This document shows, piece by piece, positions 33,750-44,203 of a stretch of DNA of 56,620 nucleotides; within the stretch, counting starts at the first letter, position 1, and every line of letters starts with the position of its first letter. Source of the stretch: an uncultured Bacilli bacterium (GTDB taxonomy: Bacteria; Bacillota_I; Bacilli_A; RF39; UBA660); the NCBI GenBank assembly GCA_947626055.1, contig CANQQP010000002.1, positions 1 to 56,620 of the forward strand, in the 5' to 3' direction. The notes beneath the pieces are model-generated. The model saw only the letters and a program-made list of their open reading frames with translations. It ran no database searches and had not been told where the DNA came from. The position numbers were made by a program, and so were the translations under genes.

Positions 33750-34437
33750 AAATATTTTCCAATTCTTTTAATTTATCTAAATCCATTGGCGGCACTTTGT
33801 CCAATGGATATTTTAAGTTAAGTTCTTTATATTTATCTATTCCATATAAATGATAAGGAAGTAGTTCCACTTTTAAAACATTAGGTATTTTAGAAATATA
33901 TTCTTTTAAGGACAGAATATATTCTTTATTATCATTTAAACCCGGCACAATAACACTTCTTATCCAAAAATCTTTATTTAATTTTTTAGCTGCAGTTAAA
34001 AATTTAGTAAATTCATCCATATTTGAGCTGGTTATTTGTTGATAACTTTTTCCCTCTGTCGCTTTAACATCTAAAATAACTAAATCAACATATTTAAGTA
34101 TTTCTTCATAATCACCCGCCCCGACTCCCGCCGTATCAAGAGCTGTATGCAAATTACTGGCTTTGCACTTCTTCAAGATATCAATTAAGAAATCTTTTTG
34201 GATTAAAGGCTCGCCCCCACTGAAAGTTACGCCACCCTTAATATAATAATTTTTATATCTTAATATTTTATTTAGAAGTTCATCTGTTGTTATCATCTGG
34301 CCTTTGCCCATTTGCCTAGTTTCCGGATTATGACAATATAAGCACCTTAATTTACAACCTTGCATAAATACAACATATCGTAATCCTGGACCATCTACTA
34401 AACCCATTGGTTCAACGCTTGAAATATAACCTTGCAT
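33736..34437 (-). CDS. pflA: Pyruvate formate-lyase activating enzyme (radical SAM)
   Basis: Carries DGPGLRYVVFMQGCKLRCLYCHNPE (CxxxCxxC) and GGVTFSGGEP. It is coupled to pflB. Confidence 0.95.
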   Translation of the reverse strand: MQGYISSVEPMGLVDGPGLRYVVFMQGCKLRCLYCHNPETRQMGKGQMITTDELLNKILRYKNYYIKGGVTFSGGEPLIQKDFLIDILKKCKASNLHTALDTAGVGAGDYEEILKYVDLVILDVKATEGKSYQQITSSNMDEFTKFLTAAKKLNKDFWIRSVIVPGLNDNKEYILSLKEYISKIPNVLKVELLPYHLYGIDKYKELNLKYPLDKVPPMDLDKLKELENIYEKI

Positions 34438-36668
34438 TAGATACTTCCATGGAAAGTTCGACTAATAACTTCCAATTGATGAGCTCTTGATAGACGAATA
34501 AACCTTACCGCATAGCCAGACACTCTAATAGTTAAATTAGGATATTTATCGGGGTTTTCCATCGCATCTTCTAAAGTCTCGCGATTTAAAACGTTAACAT
34601 TTAAATGATGAGCTCCTTGTTTAAAGTATCCATCCATAATATTTACTAAGTTTTCTTTTCTTTCTTCCTCTGTATGTCCCAAGCTATTAGGAATAATAGA
34701 GAAAGTATTTGATATTCCGTCTTCACAAACATCAGTGTAAGGTATTTTTGCTACCGAATTTAATGAAGCTAAAGCTCCACTAGCATCTCTTCCATGCATT
34801 GGGTTAGCTCCGGGCGCAAAAGGTTCTCCAGCTTTTCGACCATCGGGAGTAGATCCCGTCTTCTTACCATACACAACATTCGAAGTAATAGTTAAAATTG
34901 ATAAAGTATGTTTAGCATTTTTATAAAGTTTATATTGCGCGAGCTTATTAAAGAAACGTTTAGCTAGATCCTTACCAATATCATCTACACGATCATCGTC
35001 ATTTCCATATTTGGGAAACTCACCTTCTATTTCAAAATCAATCGCAATGCCCTCTTCATTACGAATTGGTTTAACTTTCGCATATTTAATAGCTGATAAA
35101 GAATCAATTGCTACGGAAAAGCCTGCTATTCCAAAGGCCATTAATTTTTCAGGGTCAGTATCGTGTAAAGCCATTTGTCCTGCTTCATAAGCATATTTAT
35201 CATGCATAAAGTGAATGATGTTCATCGCATCAACATATATTTTTGCAACTTTATCAAGCATTTTATCATAAACCTTCATTACTTTGTCATAATCTAAATA
35301 TTCATCGGTCATTTTTTCAAAGCCTTCAATAACTTGGTCGCCTTTAACTTCGTCAACTCCACCATTTATGGCATAAAGCAAAGCTTTAGCTAAGTTACAA
35401 CGTGCTCCGAAAAATTGCATTTGTTTACCAACTGTCATCGCGGAAACACAACAAGCAATTGCATAATCATAACCATGAATAGGACGCATTAACTCATCAT
35501 TTTCATATTGAATAGCATCTGTGTTAATAGACATTTTAGCACAATACTTTTTAAAATTCTCAGGAAGTTTATCACTCCATAGTACAGTCATATTAGGTTC
35601 GGGGGAACTTTCCAGATTAGTTAAAGTATGTAAATATCTAAAAGAATTTTTAGTAACTAATGAATTTTTTTCATCAAGCATTCCGCCAATGCTTTCCGTA
35701 ACCCACGTAGGATCGCCAGCAAAAAGTTCATTATATTCTGGTGTTCTTAAATGACGGGCCATACGTAACTTAATAATAAAATTATCAATTATTTCTTGAG
35801 CATCTTCTTCAGTTAATAGACCTTCTTTTAAATCTCTTTCAATATAAATATCTAAAAATGTAGATGTTCGGCCTAAACTCATAGCTGCTCCATTATTTTC
35901 TTTAATAGCAGCTAAGTAGCCAAAATATAACCACTGGGTTGCTTCTTGAGCATTAGTAGCTGGTTTGGAAATATCAAAACCATAACTTTGAGCCATATCT
36001 TTGATATCTTGCAAAGCTTTTATTTGCATACTTACTTCTTCTCGTAAACGAATAATATATTCTGTTAGTTCTTCTTTTTCTAAAGCGAGTAAATCTTTTT
36101 GTTTTTCTTCCACTAAAAAGTCAATTCCATATAAAGCAATACGTCGATAATCACCAATAATGCGGCCTCGACCATAGGCATCTGGAAGACCCGTTAAAAG
36201 ACCACAATGACGAGCTTTTCTAATGTCGGTTGTATATGCATCAAACACGCCATCATTATGCGTTTTACGATATTTATTAAAATATTTATCGATATCTTTA
36301 TTAAGTTCATAACCATAGGCAGCTAAAGCTGATTTGACCATACGCATACCACCAAAAGGATTGACAATCCTCTTTAGTAATCCATCGGTTTGCAAGCCTA
36401 CTATAACATCATCTTCGGGACAAATATATCCTGGCTTGAAATTATTTATTCCTGACACTTCGTTTACTTCAACATCATAAATACCTTTATCAAGTTCCAC
36501 TTTTAAAGCTTCATCACAAACTTTCCAAACTGCTTGTGTTTTCTTTGTAGGAGCTGCTAAAAAATTTTCATCTCCTGTGTATTCAGTATAATTTTCTTTT
36601 ATAAAATCAGCAATATCAATATTTTTTTTCCAATTTTCTCCTTTAAAATTATGCCAAGCTTTTTCCAT
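34437..36668 (-). CDS. pflB: Formate C-acetyltransferase (pyruvate formate-lyase)
   Basis: Carries the glycyl-radical C-terminus RVSGYAVRF and the active-site pair ACCVSAM. The ATG at 36668 ([10 protein letters not shown]) is preferred over 36683, but neither has a strong SD. Confidence 0.97.
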   Translation of the reverse strand: MEKAWHNFKGENWKKNIDIADFIKENYTEYTGDENFLAAPTKKTQAVWKVCDEALKVELDKGIYDVEVNEVSGINNFKPGYICPEDDVIVGLQTDGLLKRIVNPFGGMRMVKSALAAYGYELNKDIDKYFNKYRKTHNDGVFDAYTTDIRKARHCGLLTGLPDAYGRGRIIGDYRRIALYGIDFLVEEKQKDLLALEKEELTEYIIRLREEVSMQIKALQDIKDMAQSYGFDISKPATNAQEATQWLYFGYLAAIKENNGAAMSLGRTSTFLDIYIERDLKEGLLTEEDAQEIIDNFIIKLRMARHLRTPEYNELFAGDPTWVTESIGGMLDEKNSLVTKNSFRYLHTLTNLESSPEPNMTVLWSDKLPENFKKYCAKMSINTDAIQYENDELMRPIHGYDYAIACCVSAMTVGKQMQFFGARCNLAKALLYAINGGVDEVKGDQVIEGFEKMTDEYLDYDKVMKVYDKMLDKVAKIYVDAMNIIHFMHDKYAYEAGQMALHDTDPEKLMAFGIAGFSVAIDSLSAIKYAKVKPIRNEEGIAIDFEIEGEFPKYGNDDDRVDDIGKDLAKRFFNKLAQYKLYKNAKHTLSILTITSNVVYGKKTGSTPDGRKAGEPFAPGANPMHGRDASGALASLNSVAKIPYTDVCEDGISNTFSIIPNSLGHTEEERKENLVNIMDGYFKQGAHHLNVNVLNRETLEDAMENPDKYPNLTIRVSGYAVRFIRLSRAHQLEVISRTFHGSI

Positions 36669-36729
36669 TAATACCACTACCATTTCTATATTTATTATAT
36701 AAACTTTTTTTTATAAGAACAATATTATA

Positions 36730-36747
36730 TTTTGAAATTAGACACAA
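36730..36747 (-). promoter_or_regulatory. Rex-like operator upstream of pflB
   Basis: Minus strand TTGTGTCTAATTTCAAAA versus Rex consensus TTGTGAAWWWWTTCACAA (15/18 compatible positions). It overlaps a possible -35 (TTTCAA). Confidence 0.35.
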
Positions 36748-36748
36748 A

Positions 36749-36770
36749 AAAAATCCTCAATAGGATTTTT
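36749..36770 (-). terminator. Rho-independent terminator after the DPBB/3D-domain gene
   Basis: On the minus strand, AAAAATCCT-ATTG-AGGATTTTT is followed by TTTG. It overlaps the stop codon at 36769-36771. Confidence 0.6.
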
Positions 36771-37365
36771 AATAACCATCTCTTAAGACATCGTATGTTA
36801 TGGGTGTATTACCCACATATTTTCGGGCGGCAGCATCACTAGGCATCAATAAATCTAATTTATGTCCTGTCATACCTCGATCTAATACAATCGCAATAAT
36901 TGGTTCATCAGATATTTTGCTTGCATTTATAGAAACAATTGAGCCGCACTTCAAATTCTTAGATGCAGCAACAATCCGAACTTTTCCATAAGAGACATCA
37001 TCATAAGTTATATTTCCTTTAGATAAATCAATACTCGGATCACAAGCTAAACGTCCTGAGCATTTTGGACAATTATACACATACCCGGTTAGTTTACTTG
37101 TATAACTTTCTATTGGGTTTTCTTCTTCAATTATATTCTCTGTTGTAATTTGTTCATTAAGTGCTTGCACAAAACTACGTTCTTCTTCGCTTGCCTGCGC
37201 TATATCTAAAATCGCTAAAGATTTTACATCTACCTGTTTATTTAAATTACTATTTTGAGCATTTAAAATTACATTATTTGTTTGACTTTCTAATATCATT
37301 ACCAACAAAAATATAACAACTATTTTTACTACGATGTTAACTTTTCTGATTAGGCAATGTGTCAT
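36769..37365 (-). CDS. Membrane-anchored RlpA-like/3D double-psi beta-barrel domain protein (lytic-transglycosylase-like; occupies the yabE position)
   Basis: It has an N-terminal TM (VVKIVVIFLLVMIL). The C-terminal VRIVAAS..LKCGSIVSI...IAIVLDRGMTGHKLDLLMPSDAAARKYVG resembles the RlpA/3D DPBB core. The ATG at 37365 is preceded by AGGAGG, so the ORF-track start at 37419 is rejected. Confidence 0.6.
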   Translation of the reverse strand: MTHCLIRKVNIVVKIVVIFLLVMILESQTNNVILNAQNSNLNKQVDVKSLAILDIAQASEEERSFVQALNEQITTENIIEEENPIESYTSKLTGYVYNCPKCSGRLACDPSIDLSKGNITYDDVSYGKVRIVAASKNLKCGSIVSINASKISDEPIIAIVLDRGMTGHKLDLLMPSDAAARKYVGNTPITYDVLRDGY

Positions 37366-37408
37366 ATAACAACCTCCTGTTACAATAAAAATTTTATCAT
37401 ATACTACA

Positions 37409-38158
37409 TTAAATGTCAAAAATATGCCTAATATTCGCGTTGGTAATTTTTTCTACTTGACTTACAGGTACATCATAGATATTAGCTACAAATTCCGCAA
37501 TATTTTTGATATACTTTGGTTCGTTTTTTTGACCCCGAAAAGGTGCAGGAGTAAGATAGGGACTATCTGTTTCTAAAACCAAATCATCAAGCGTTAATTT
37601 TTTTAAAGTCTCTTTTAAATTACAGTTTTTAAAGGTTACTACCCCATTAATACCTAATTTATATCCTAATTTTAAATATTCTTTGGCCGTTTCGATACTG
37701 CCATTAAAACAATGAATAACCCCTTTAACCTTAAATTTTTTAATAGATTTTAATATATCATCAGTTGCCTGTCGGTTATGAATAATAACGGGTATATTAT
37801 ATTTCTCCGCCATTTTTAGTTGTTGTTCAAATAAAGCGATTTGCTGTTCTTTATTTTCATTAGAATAATGATAGTCAAGGCCTATTTCCCCGATCGCAAT
37901 AACTTGGGGATTACTTAAATTGTTTTCTATTAAATTTAAATCTTCTTCTTTATAAGTATCAGCAAATTCAGGATGAATACCCAATGCTCCATACATGTTA
38001 TCATATTCTTTAAGCATTTCTAATAATTCTAAAATACTACTTTTATCAGTCGCATTATTAATAATGCGCCCAACATTATTCTCACGCGCATTTTGTAAGA
38101 CTTGGTCAATATTCTCATAATCACTAAAAAAAATATGGCAATGCGTATCTGTTAACAT
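37409..38158 (-). CDS. tatD: TatD-family metal-dependent DNase/hydrolase
   Basis: Carries DTHCH at the N-terminus, GEIGLDY, VIIHNR, GVIHCF and ETDSPYL. Confidence 0.9.
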   Translation of the reverse strand: MLTDTHCHIFFSDYENIDQVLQNARENNVGRIINNATDKSSILELLEMLKEYDNMYGALGIHPEFADTYKEEDLNLIENNLSNPQVIAIGEIGLDYHYSNENKEQQIALFEQQLKMAEKYNIPVIIHNRQATDDILKSIKKFKVKGVIHCFNGSIETAKEYLKLGYKLGINGVVTFKNCNLKETLKKLTLDDLVLETDSPYLTPAPFRGQKNEPKYIKNIAEFVANIYDVPVSQVEKITNANIRHIFDI

Positions 38159-38185
38159 AAAATCACCATATTTATTTTAGCAAAT

Positions 38186-38722
38186 TTAAGAATCAATATC
38201 TACTTGTTCACAAATTAAAAAATTTACTATCTTGGCCACCATTTGGGCTTTATCACCCAAATCTTCTGAAGAATGAATGATAACTAAGCCAATACAATCA
38301 GCACTACTAATTAAAGGAAATATTAAAAAATAATTTTCTAACATCGTGTCTTGAGTAATTTTAATAGTTTTCTCATTTCGATCATTTAATGAGCTTCTAG
38401 TATCTATTAAATCTATTAGTTTTTCACTTATTGCTTCGCCTTTCAAATTAAGAAAGTCTTCTTTTCCATAACTAGCAATTATTTTTTCTCTATCGGTAAT
38501 AGCGATGTTGTAACTTGTAATCTCATTAATCATCTTACTAATTTTATCGCTAAACGACAGCATATCATCTAATTTAGAATATTTTTTTAATATAATTGCA
38601 TCCAAATCTATAAAAATTTCCATATTCTCGCCATCTCTAATTTTTAAGTTGCGACGAATTTCTTTGGGAATAACAATACGTCCTAATTCATCAATTCTTC
38701 TTATTACTCCTGTTGATTTCAA
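38186..38722 (-). CDS. spoVT: Stage V sporulation transcription factor SpoVT (AbrB-type N-domain + GAF-like C-domain)
   Basis: KSTGVIRRIDELGRIVIPKEIRRNLKIRDGENMEIF matches the SpoVT N-terminus. A TTG start at 38722, 7 nt after GGAGG, gives 178 aa, the same length as B. subtilis SpoVT. The ORF-track GTG at 38737 lies in the SD. Confidence 0.9.
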   Translation of the reverse strand: MKSTGVIRRIDELGRIVIPKEIRRNLKIRDGENMEIFIDLDAIILKKYSKLDDMLSFSDKISKMINEITSYNIAITDREKIIASYGKEDFLNLKGEAISEKLIDLIDTRSSLNDRNEKTIKITQDTMLENYFLIFPLISSADCIGLVIIHSSEDLGDKAQMVAKIVNFLICEQVDIDS

Positions 38723-38804
38723 AACAAAAGCCTCCACTTCTATTTATATTGTGGAGAAAATTCGACAAATAATACTAGTATTTAATGCTTTTACTAAAAT
38801 TTCG

Positions 38805-39461
38805 TTACTCTTTATCTATACCATATATACAGTTATTATAAATAAAGTTTTCTATTTCTTGTTTTTCATTAGTATTATAAAAATTAGTTAACAATTTATT
38901 AAATTCATTAATCTTATCTTCGTTAATACTAATTATTCCACACCCATTTTCAATCATTATTTTATTTGCAATCAACATGCTAGTTCTTTTATTTCCATCC
39001 CAAAATATTTGTTCTCTCATTAAATAAAGCATTAGATCAATAGCTTTTTTGGTATTATGAGACTCCTCTAAATAAGTAGATATCTCTTTTTTTACGTTTG
39101 CCTCTTTGGGAAGTTCAGGCACATAATCTACTCCTTTTATGCCTACTTTGCCGGTTCTAAGTTTACCCCATTCTAATGATTCATTTCTCGAAACATAGGA
39201 ATTAACTTTACAAATATACTCTAGGTTAATTTCGTTATCAATAGTTTCTAAGATAAAATTCCAAGCATCTCGTAAATTTAAAATACAATTGATTTCATCT
39301 AGCTTCATAGTCGGCACATTTACACCATCTAAAAGTGTTTTAGTATCGGGAAAAGTTGTATTAATGCCTTCCAATTTAGCACTGTTATAAATATTTGCCA
39401 CTAATTCTTTTTTAGCCAAGAAAATATTTTCTTCTCTATTTAAACTATATTTATCCAACAT
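38805..39461 (-). CDS. Fic/Doc-fold protein with Doc-type but His-less active-site motif
   Basis: 218 aa. EQIFWDGNKRTSMLIANKIMIENG aligns with P1 Doc HIFNDANKRTALNSALLFLRRNG, with Gln at the catalytic His position. SD GGGAGGA lies upstream. Confidence 0.7.
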   Translation of the reverse strand: MLDKYSLNREENIFLAKKELVANIYNSAKLEGINTTFPDTKTLLDGVNVPTMKLDEINCILNLRDAWNFILETIDNEINLEYICKVNSYVSRNESLEWGKLRTGKVGIKGVDYVPELPKEANVKKEISTYLEESHNTKKAIDLMLYLMREQIFWDGNKRTSMLIANKIMIENGCGIISINEDKINEFNKLLTNFYNTNEKQEIENFIYNNCIYGIDKE

Positions 39462-39525
39462 TTTAATTCCTCCCTAATTATGACTATATTATAAGCAAAA
39501 TTTTCTTTTAATACAACTAACAAAC

Positions 39526-42500
39526 TTACACACTAACTTCATTGCGAATGTATTCTAGTAAATTGATTAAATAATAAATAAAGTGTTTTTTCAGTCCTTT
39601 AATAGGTAATTTTACATAGATTTTTTTGGCCACATATCTTAACGAAAATTTGGGATTAATATTATAAACAGTTAAAAATAATTTATCCCCAGCTAATTTG
39701 TTGGAAACGTCTTCAGGAATTTCAATTTCTATCTCTTTAGCATTTTGCACAACTTTTACGACTTTTAAGCTTAAAGCTAGTTTTTCAAACCATTCTTCAT
39801 ACATATATATTTCCATAGTCTCTGGTATTTTTCCAAAGCGATCTTCTAGTTCAGCTTTTACTTCTTTTAATTTACTTAGACTATCAATTTCGTTAATTTT
39901 TTTATGAATTTCAATTTTAATTTCTTCATCAGATACATAGTGATCACTAATATGGGTATCTACTTCAATTAAAGCCTTAGCATTTTCTGGCTCTTCTGGT
40001 TTTGCCTCTCCGTTTAAGCTAGCAATTTCTTCTTCAATCATTTTCATAAACAAGTCTATTCCCACCGTGTCGACAAAACCCGCTTGTTCACTACCTAAAA
40101 TATCGCCAGCTCCTCGAATTGCTAAATCGCGCATGGCTATTTTATAACCACTACCTAACTCGGTAAATTCTTTAATAGCTTGCAATCTTTTCACTGCATC
40201 ATCATTTAAAACTTTGCCTTTATTATACATAAAATAAGCATAGGCAATTTTATCACTTCGCCCTACACGACCTCTTATTTGATAAAGTTGGGCTAAGCCA
40301 AAACGGTCAGCATCAATAATAATCAAAGTATTTGCATTAGGAATATCAATACCAGTTTCAATAATTGTCGTACAAACTAATACATCAAATTCATAATTGA
40401 TAAAGCTATCCATTATATCTTCCAATTGTTCTTTTTTCATTTGGCCATGGGCATAATTTATTCGTGCTTCGGGGACTAATTGTTTAATTTTCTCTACTTG
40501 ACTTTCAATATTTTCCACGCGATTATAGAGCATAAATACTTGGCCACCCCGTGATAATTCTTTATAAATAGCATCTTGAATTAAAACGTCTTCTTCGGCT
40601 ACTACATAAGTTTGAATGGGATAACGATTAACTGGCGGCGTATCGATAATTGATAAATCACGCAGACCTGACAAAGCCAATTTTAAAGTTCTAGGAATCG
40701 GAGTTGCCGATAATGTTAGGACATTAACATCTTTTTTTAAAGTTTTAATCTTTTCTTTATGAGTAACGCCAAAGCGTTGTTCTTCATCGACTACTAATAA
40801 ACCTAATTTTTTACAGACTACATCATCACTTAATAATCTATGTGTTCCAAAAACTAAATCAATAGTTCCATCTTGCAAAGCATTTAGTATTCTTGCTTGT
40901 TCTTTTTTAGGCGTAAAACGATTTAATAACCCAATATTTATTCCAAAATTTTTAAATCTTTCTAAAGCCGTATTATATTGTTGCTTTGATAAAATTGTTG
41001 TTGGACATAAATACAGAACTTGGTAACCATTTAGAATTGTCTTAAACATTCCGCGCAAAGCTACTTCGGTTTTTCCATAACCCACATCTCCACATAAAAG
41101 CCGATCCATAGGATTTTCACTGCGCAAATCATCGTTGACATTATGAATAGCTTTTAATTGATCCTTTGTTTCTTCATAGGTAAACTCCGAAGCAAATATA
41201 CTTTCTTCGGGAAAATCATAATACTTATCTTTTTTTATTTTTTTTCTTTCCGCATATAAGTGCATTAATTCTGCCGAAATATCTTTTACTTTCCTTTTTA
41301 AGGTTTGCTTTGTTTTTTGCCATGCCACCGAATTTAGTTTATTTATTTTAGGATGAGCATCTTCTTTATTAGCATATTTATATATCGTATTTATTTTTTC
41401 CACAGGAATATAAATTTTATCATTATCTTTATAATTTATTTGCAAGTAATCTTTTTGAATACCGTTTTTATTTAAAGTTACTACGCCATTATAAATCCCT
41501 ATGCCATGGGCAGCATGCACAACATAGTCCCCTTTTTTGATATCATTAAAACTATTTATTTTACTTCCTAGTTTATAAGTATTTTTATAATTTATCTTTT
41601 TGCGCGAAATATTCTCAATATCAAATTCACTAATGACAATATAATCAAGTATTCTAAATCCTTTATTTATTTTTTTCTTAATGACACTAATAGTTCCTGG
41701 TTTTGCTTCAGCTATATTTTGGATTGTTTTTATATTTTCTTCTAGTAATTCATTAATTTTCCAAATTTGTTCTTTACGGCTTAAAAAGAAAATGACCTTT
41801 TTATTTTGGCTTTTAATTCCCAAAACAAAATCTTTTAATTTGGCAAAGTCACTATTAAAATTAGTTATATCTTGAGTTTCATAGTTATAAGTTTTTATTT
41901 TTGCTATCTTATTATTAAAAGTGCTTATATAGTTTATTTGTTCAGGGTTAATTTCGTTTAATTCATACATGTATTTATAATTAGCTTCAACATTTGTAGA
42001 CAGTTTATATTCAAACATATCTTTTTCTAATTTTTCATAGCCCGCTTTAATTTGATCCATATTATAAAAGATAACTAAAGGGCTTTTTAAGTAGTTATAT
42101 AAAGAAGAGTTACTCTTGGTTTTTATTTCGGCAAAAGGTCTTAAATTGATTTCTGTTTTTTTAGCAATGGAAATTTGCGTTTCTTCATTAAAATAGCGGA
42201 TTGATTCTATCTCATCACCAAACATTTCGATTCGAAAGGGATGTTCTTCTTCTAACAAAAATACATCAATAATATAGCCTCTTACTGCATACTCCCCTGT
42301 TGTTGTAACGAGAGAATCTTTTTTGTATCCTAAGTCGGCTAAAGTTGAAATAATTTCTTCCCTTTTTATTTTATCTCCAACTTTAATTTTGGAAAGATAC
42401 TTTTTAGTCTCATCCTGATTTGGTAAAAATTTTAAATAACCCATTAAGTTTGTAATTACAATTTTTTTCTTCCCAGACGCAATTTTTTCTAAAGTTTCCA

Positions 42501-42762
42501 ATCTTTTTACCTTTAAATCAGGTGATACAGCTAATGCCACTGAAGTTAAAAAATCGTCCATAGGAAAAAGAAAAACATCTTCTGTATAAGTGGAAAGGCT
42601 ATTATAAAACTGATTAGCTTCATATAAACTATTAGTCACTACTAAAATATTTTCTTGGCTTTTGGAAAACTTTGCTAACACGTAAAAAACATTTAACTCA
42701 AAAGTTAAACCCGTTATATTTATATTATCTTCTAAGTTTATAATGTTTTCTAGAAAGTTCAT
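39526..42762 (-). CDS. mfd: Transcription-repair coupling factor Mfd
   Basis: 1078 aa with the CarD-like motif GDYVVHAAHGIG and helicase motifs GDVGYGKTEVA, VVDEEQRFG, LSATPIPRT and QIRGRVGR. An ATGA overlap links it to pth. Confidence 0.97.
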   Translation of the reverse strand: MNFLENIINLEDNINITGLTFELNVFYVLAKFSKSQENILVVTNSLYEANQFYNSLSTYTEDVFLFPMDDFLTSVALAVSPDLKVKRLETLEKIASGKKKIVITNLMGYLKFLPNQDETKKYLSKIKVGDKIKREEIISTLADLGYKKDSLVTTTGEYAVRGYIIDVFLLEEEHPFRIEMFGDEIESIRYFNEETQISIAKKTEINLRPFAEIKTKSNSSLYNYLKSPLVIFYNMDQIKAGYEKLEKDMFEYKLSTNVEANYKYMYELNEINPEQINYISTFNNKIAKIKTYNYETQDITNFNSDFAKLKDFVLGIKSQNKKVIFFLSRKEQIWKINELLEENIKTIQNIAEAKPGTISVIKKKINKGFRILDYIVISEFDIENISRKKINYKNTYKLGSKINSFNDIKKGDYVVHAAHGIGIYNGVVTLNKNGIQKDYLQINYKDNDKIYIPVEKINTIYKYANKEDAHPKINKLNSVAWQKTKQTLKRKVKDISAELMHLYAERKKIKKDKYYDFPEESIFASEFTYEETKDQLKAIHNVNDDLRSENPMDRLLCGDVGYGKTEVALRGMFKTILNGYQVLYLCPTTILSKQQYNTALERFKNFGINIGLLNRFTPKKEQARILNALQDGTIDLVFGTHRLLSDDVVCKKLGLLVVDEEQRFGVTHKEKIKTLKKDVNVLTLSATPIPRTLKLALSGLRDLSIIDTPPVNRYPIQTYVVAEEDVLIQDAIYKELSRGGQVFMLYNRVENIESQVEKIKQLVPEARINYAHGQMKKEQLEDIMDSFINYEFDVLVCTTIIETGIDIPNANTLIIIDADRFGLAQLYQIRGRVGRSDKIAYAYFMYNKGKVLNDDAVKRLQAIKEFTELGSGYKIAMRDLAIRGAGDILGSEQAGFVDTVGIDLFMKMIEEEIASLNGEAKPEEPENAKALIEVDTHISDHYVSDEEIKIEIHKKINEIDSLSKLKEVKAELEDRFGKIPETMEIYMYEEWFEKLALSLKVVKVVQNAKEIEIEIPEDVSNKLAGDKLFLTVYNINPKFSLRYVAKKIYVKLPIKGLKKHFIYYLINLLEYIRNEVSV

Positions 42763-43319
42763 ATATTGCCTCGTTTATTATATTTACTCATTAAATCAAT
42801 AAAAGACATTTGCGAAAAATCTTCAATTATATTATGAGTATCTTCTAAGATTTTATTTAAACTATCTATTTCATTTTTGGAAAATTTTCCTAAAACATAA
42901 TCCTTAGTATCTAAATTTTTATTATTGGATATGCCAATTTTTAATCTTTTAAAGTTTTGAGTACCTAAATGACTGATGATAGATTTTATACCATTATGGC
43001 CCCCCGCACTACTATCTTGTTTTAATCTAATTGTTCCTACCGGTAAATCTAAGTCATCATGAATTATCAAAATATCAGCAATATCAATGTTATAATAATC
43101 TATATAACTTCTAACAGCTTGTCCTGATAAGTTCATAAAAGTTAAAGGTTTTAAGAAAAGATATTTTTCCCCATTTATATTTGTTTCATAATAAAACGCA
43201 TTATTTTTACTCTTCCATTTTACTTTGCCTAAATACGTATCTAAAACCATGAATCCAATATTATGCCTGGTATTTTCATATTCTTGTCCTGGATTCCCTA
43301 GACCGACAATTAATTTCAC
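42759..43319 (-). CDS. pth: Peptidyl-tRNA hydrolase
   Basis: Carries KLIVGLGNPG..Y..TRHNIGF and GGHNGIKSI. The GTG start at 43319 is preceded by AGGTGA. The ORF-track start at 43328 is the GTG within that SD. Confidence 0.95.
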   Translation of the reverse strand: MKLIVGLGNPGQEYENTRHNIGFMVLDTYLGKVKWKSKNNAFYYETNINGEKYLFLKPLTFMNLSGQAVRSYIDYYNIDIADILIIHDDLDLPVGTIRLKQDSSAGGHNGIKSIISHLGTQNFKRLKIGISNNKNLDTKDYVLGKFSKNEIDSLNKILEDTHNIIEDFSQMSFIDLMSKYNKRGNI

Positions 43320-43345
43320 AACTCTCACCTTTTTTCTTTCAACCC

Positions 43346-44188
43346 TTATTTTTTGTGTTGATGATATTCTTTATAAATTATTGATTTTGCTATATTTCGT
43401 TCTTTTGCCACCTTTTTAATAGCTTCTTTTTCATCTATTCCATCATCCAAATATAATTTTATGTGTTCTATTATATCAATATTTTGATAGTTTATCTTTT
43501 TTTGATTTCCCTCAACTATTAAAACTATTTCGCCTTTGAGTTCTTCAACTTCTTCGATAATATCTTTTATCGGTCCTCGATAAAATTCTTCATGAATTTT
43601 TGATAATTCTCTAACTAAAGCAATTTGACGATTACCTAAAATCTGATAAATATTTTGCAAGGTAGTTTTAATTCTATGAGGCGATTCATAAAAAATTAAT
43701 GTATAGGGAAAATATTTTAAACTATTTAATTCTTGACACTGTTTACTTGATTTTGCATTTAAGAAACCATAAAACAAAAATTTTGACGGTGAAATTCCTG
43801 AGGCAATTAAAGCAGGGACAAAAGCGGTTGCTCCTGGTAAAGCTACCACTGCTAAATCATTTTTAATTACTTCTTCCACTACTTTAAAGCCTGGATCGCT
43901 AATAATAGGAGTGCCTTGGTCAGTCACCAAACCAATTTTTTTCCCTTCCTGAAGATACTGAACTACTTTGAATTTTACTTCATCTTCATTATATTCATGA
44001 CAACTTAATAACTTAGTTTTAATGTTGTATTTTTTTAAAAGACTGCCTGTAACTCTGGTATCTTCACATAAAAGAATATCTACTTTTTTCAGTAAATTCA
44101 AACTTCTAATCGTAATATCATCTAAATTGCCAATCGGTGTAGGAATTAAATATAAATTTTCTTCTTGAGTATAACTTCTTTTTTTCAT
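43346..44188 (-). CDS. rsmI: 16S rRNA (cytidine1402-2'-O)-methyltransferase RsmI
   Basis: Carries LYLIPTPIGNLDDIT, CEDTR, SDPGF and YESPHR. Confidence 0.9.
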   Translation of the reverse strand: MKKRSYTQEENLYLIPTPIGNLDDITIRSLNLLKKVDILLCEDTRVTGSLLKKYNIKTKLLSCHEYNEDEVKFKVVQYLQEGKKIGLVTDQGTPIISDPGFKVVEEVIKNDLAVVALPGATAFVPALIASGISPSKFLFYGFLNAKSSKQCQELNSLKYFPYTLIFYESPHRIKTTLQNIYQILGNRQIALVRELSKIHEEFYRGPIKDIIEEVEELKGEIVLIVEGNQKKINYQNIDIIEHIKLYLDDGIDEKEAIKKVAKERNIAKSIIYKEYHQHKK

Positions 44189-44203
44189 AAGTCTTCACCC
44201 TAT

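Noticed and set aside
38761-38767. Spo0A-box-like heptamer TGTCGAA (minus strand) and a loose SigG-like -35/-10 (GTATT-N17-CACAATA) upstream of spoVT
   Set aside because: A single 7-mer and two mismatched sigma-factor hexamers are within chance expectation in an AT-rich spacer. I cannot support them without a PWM scan or transcript mapping.
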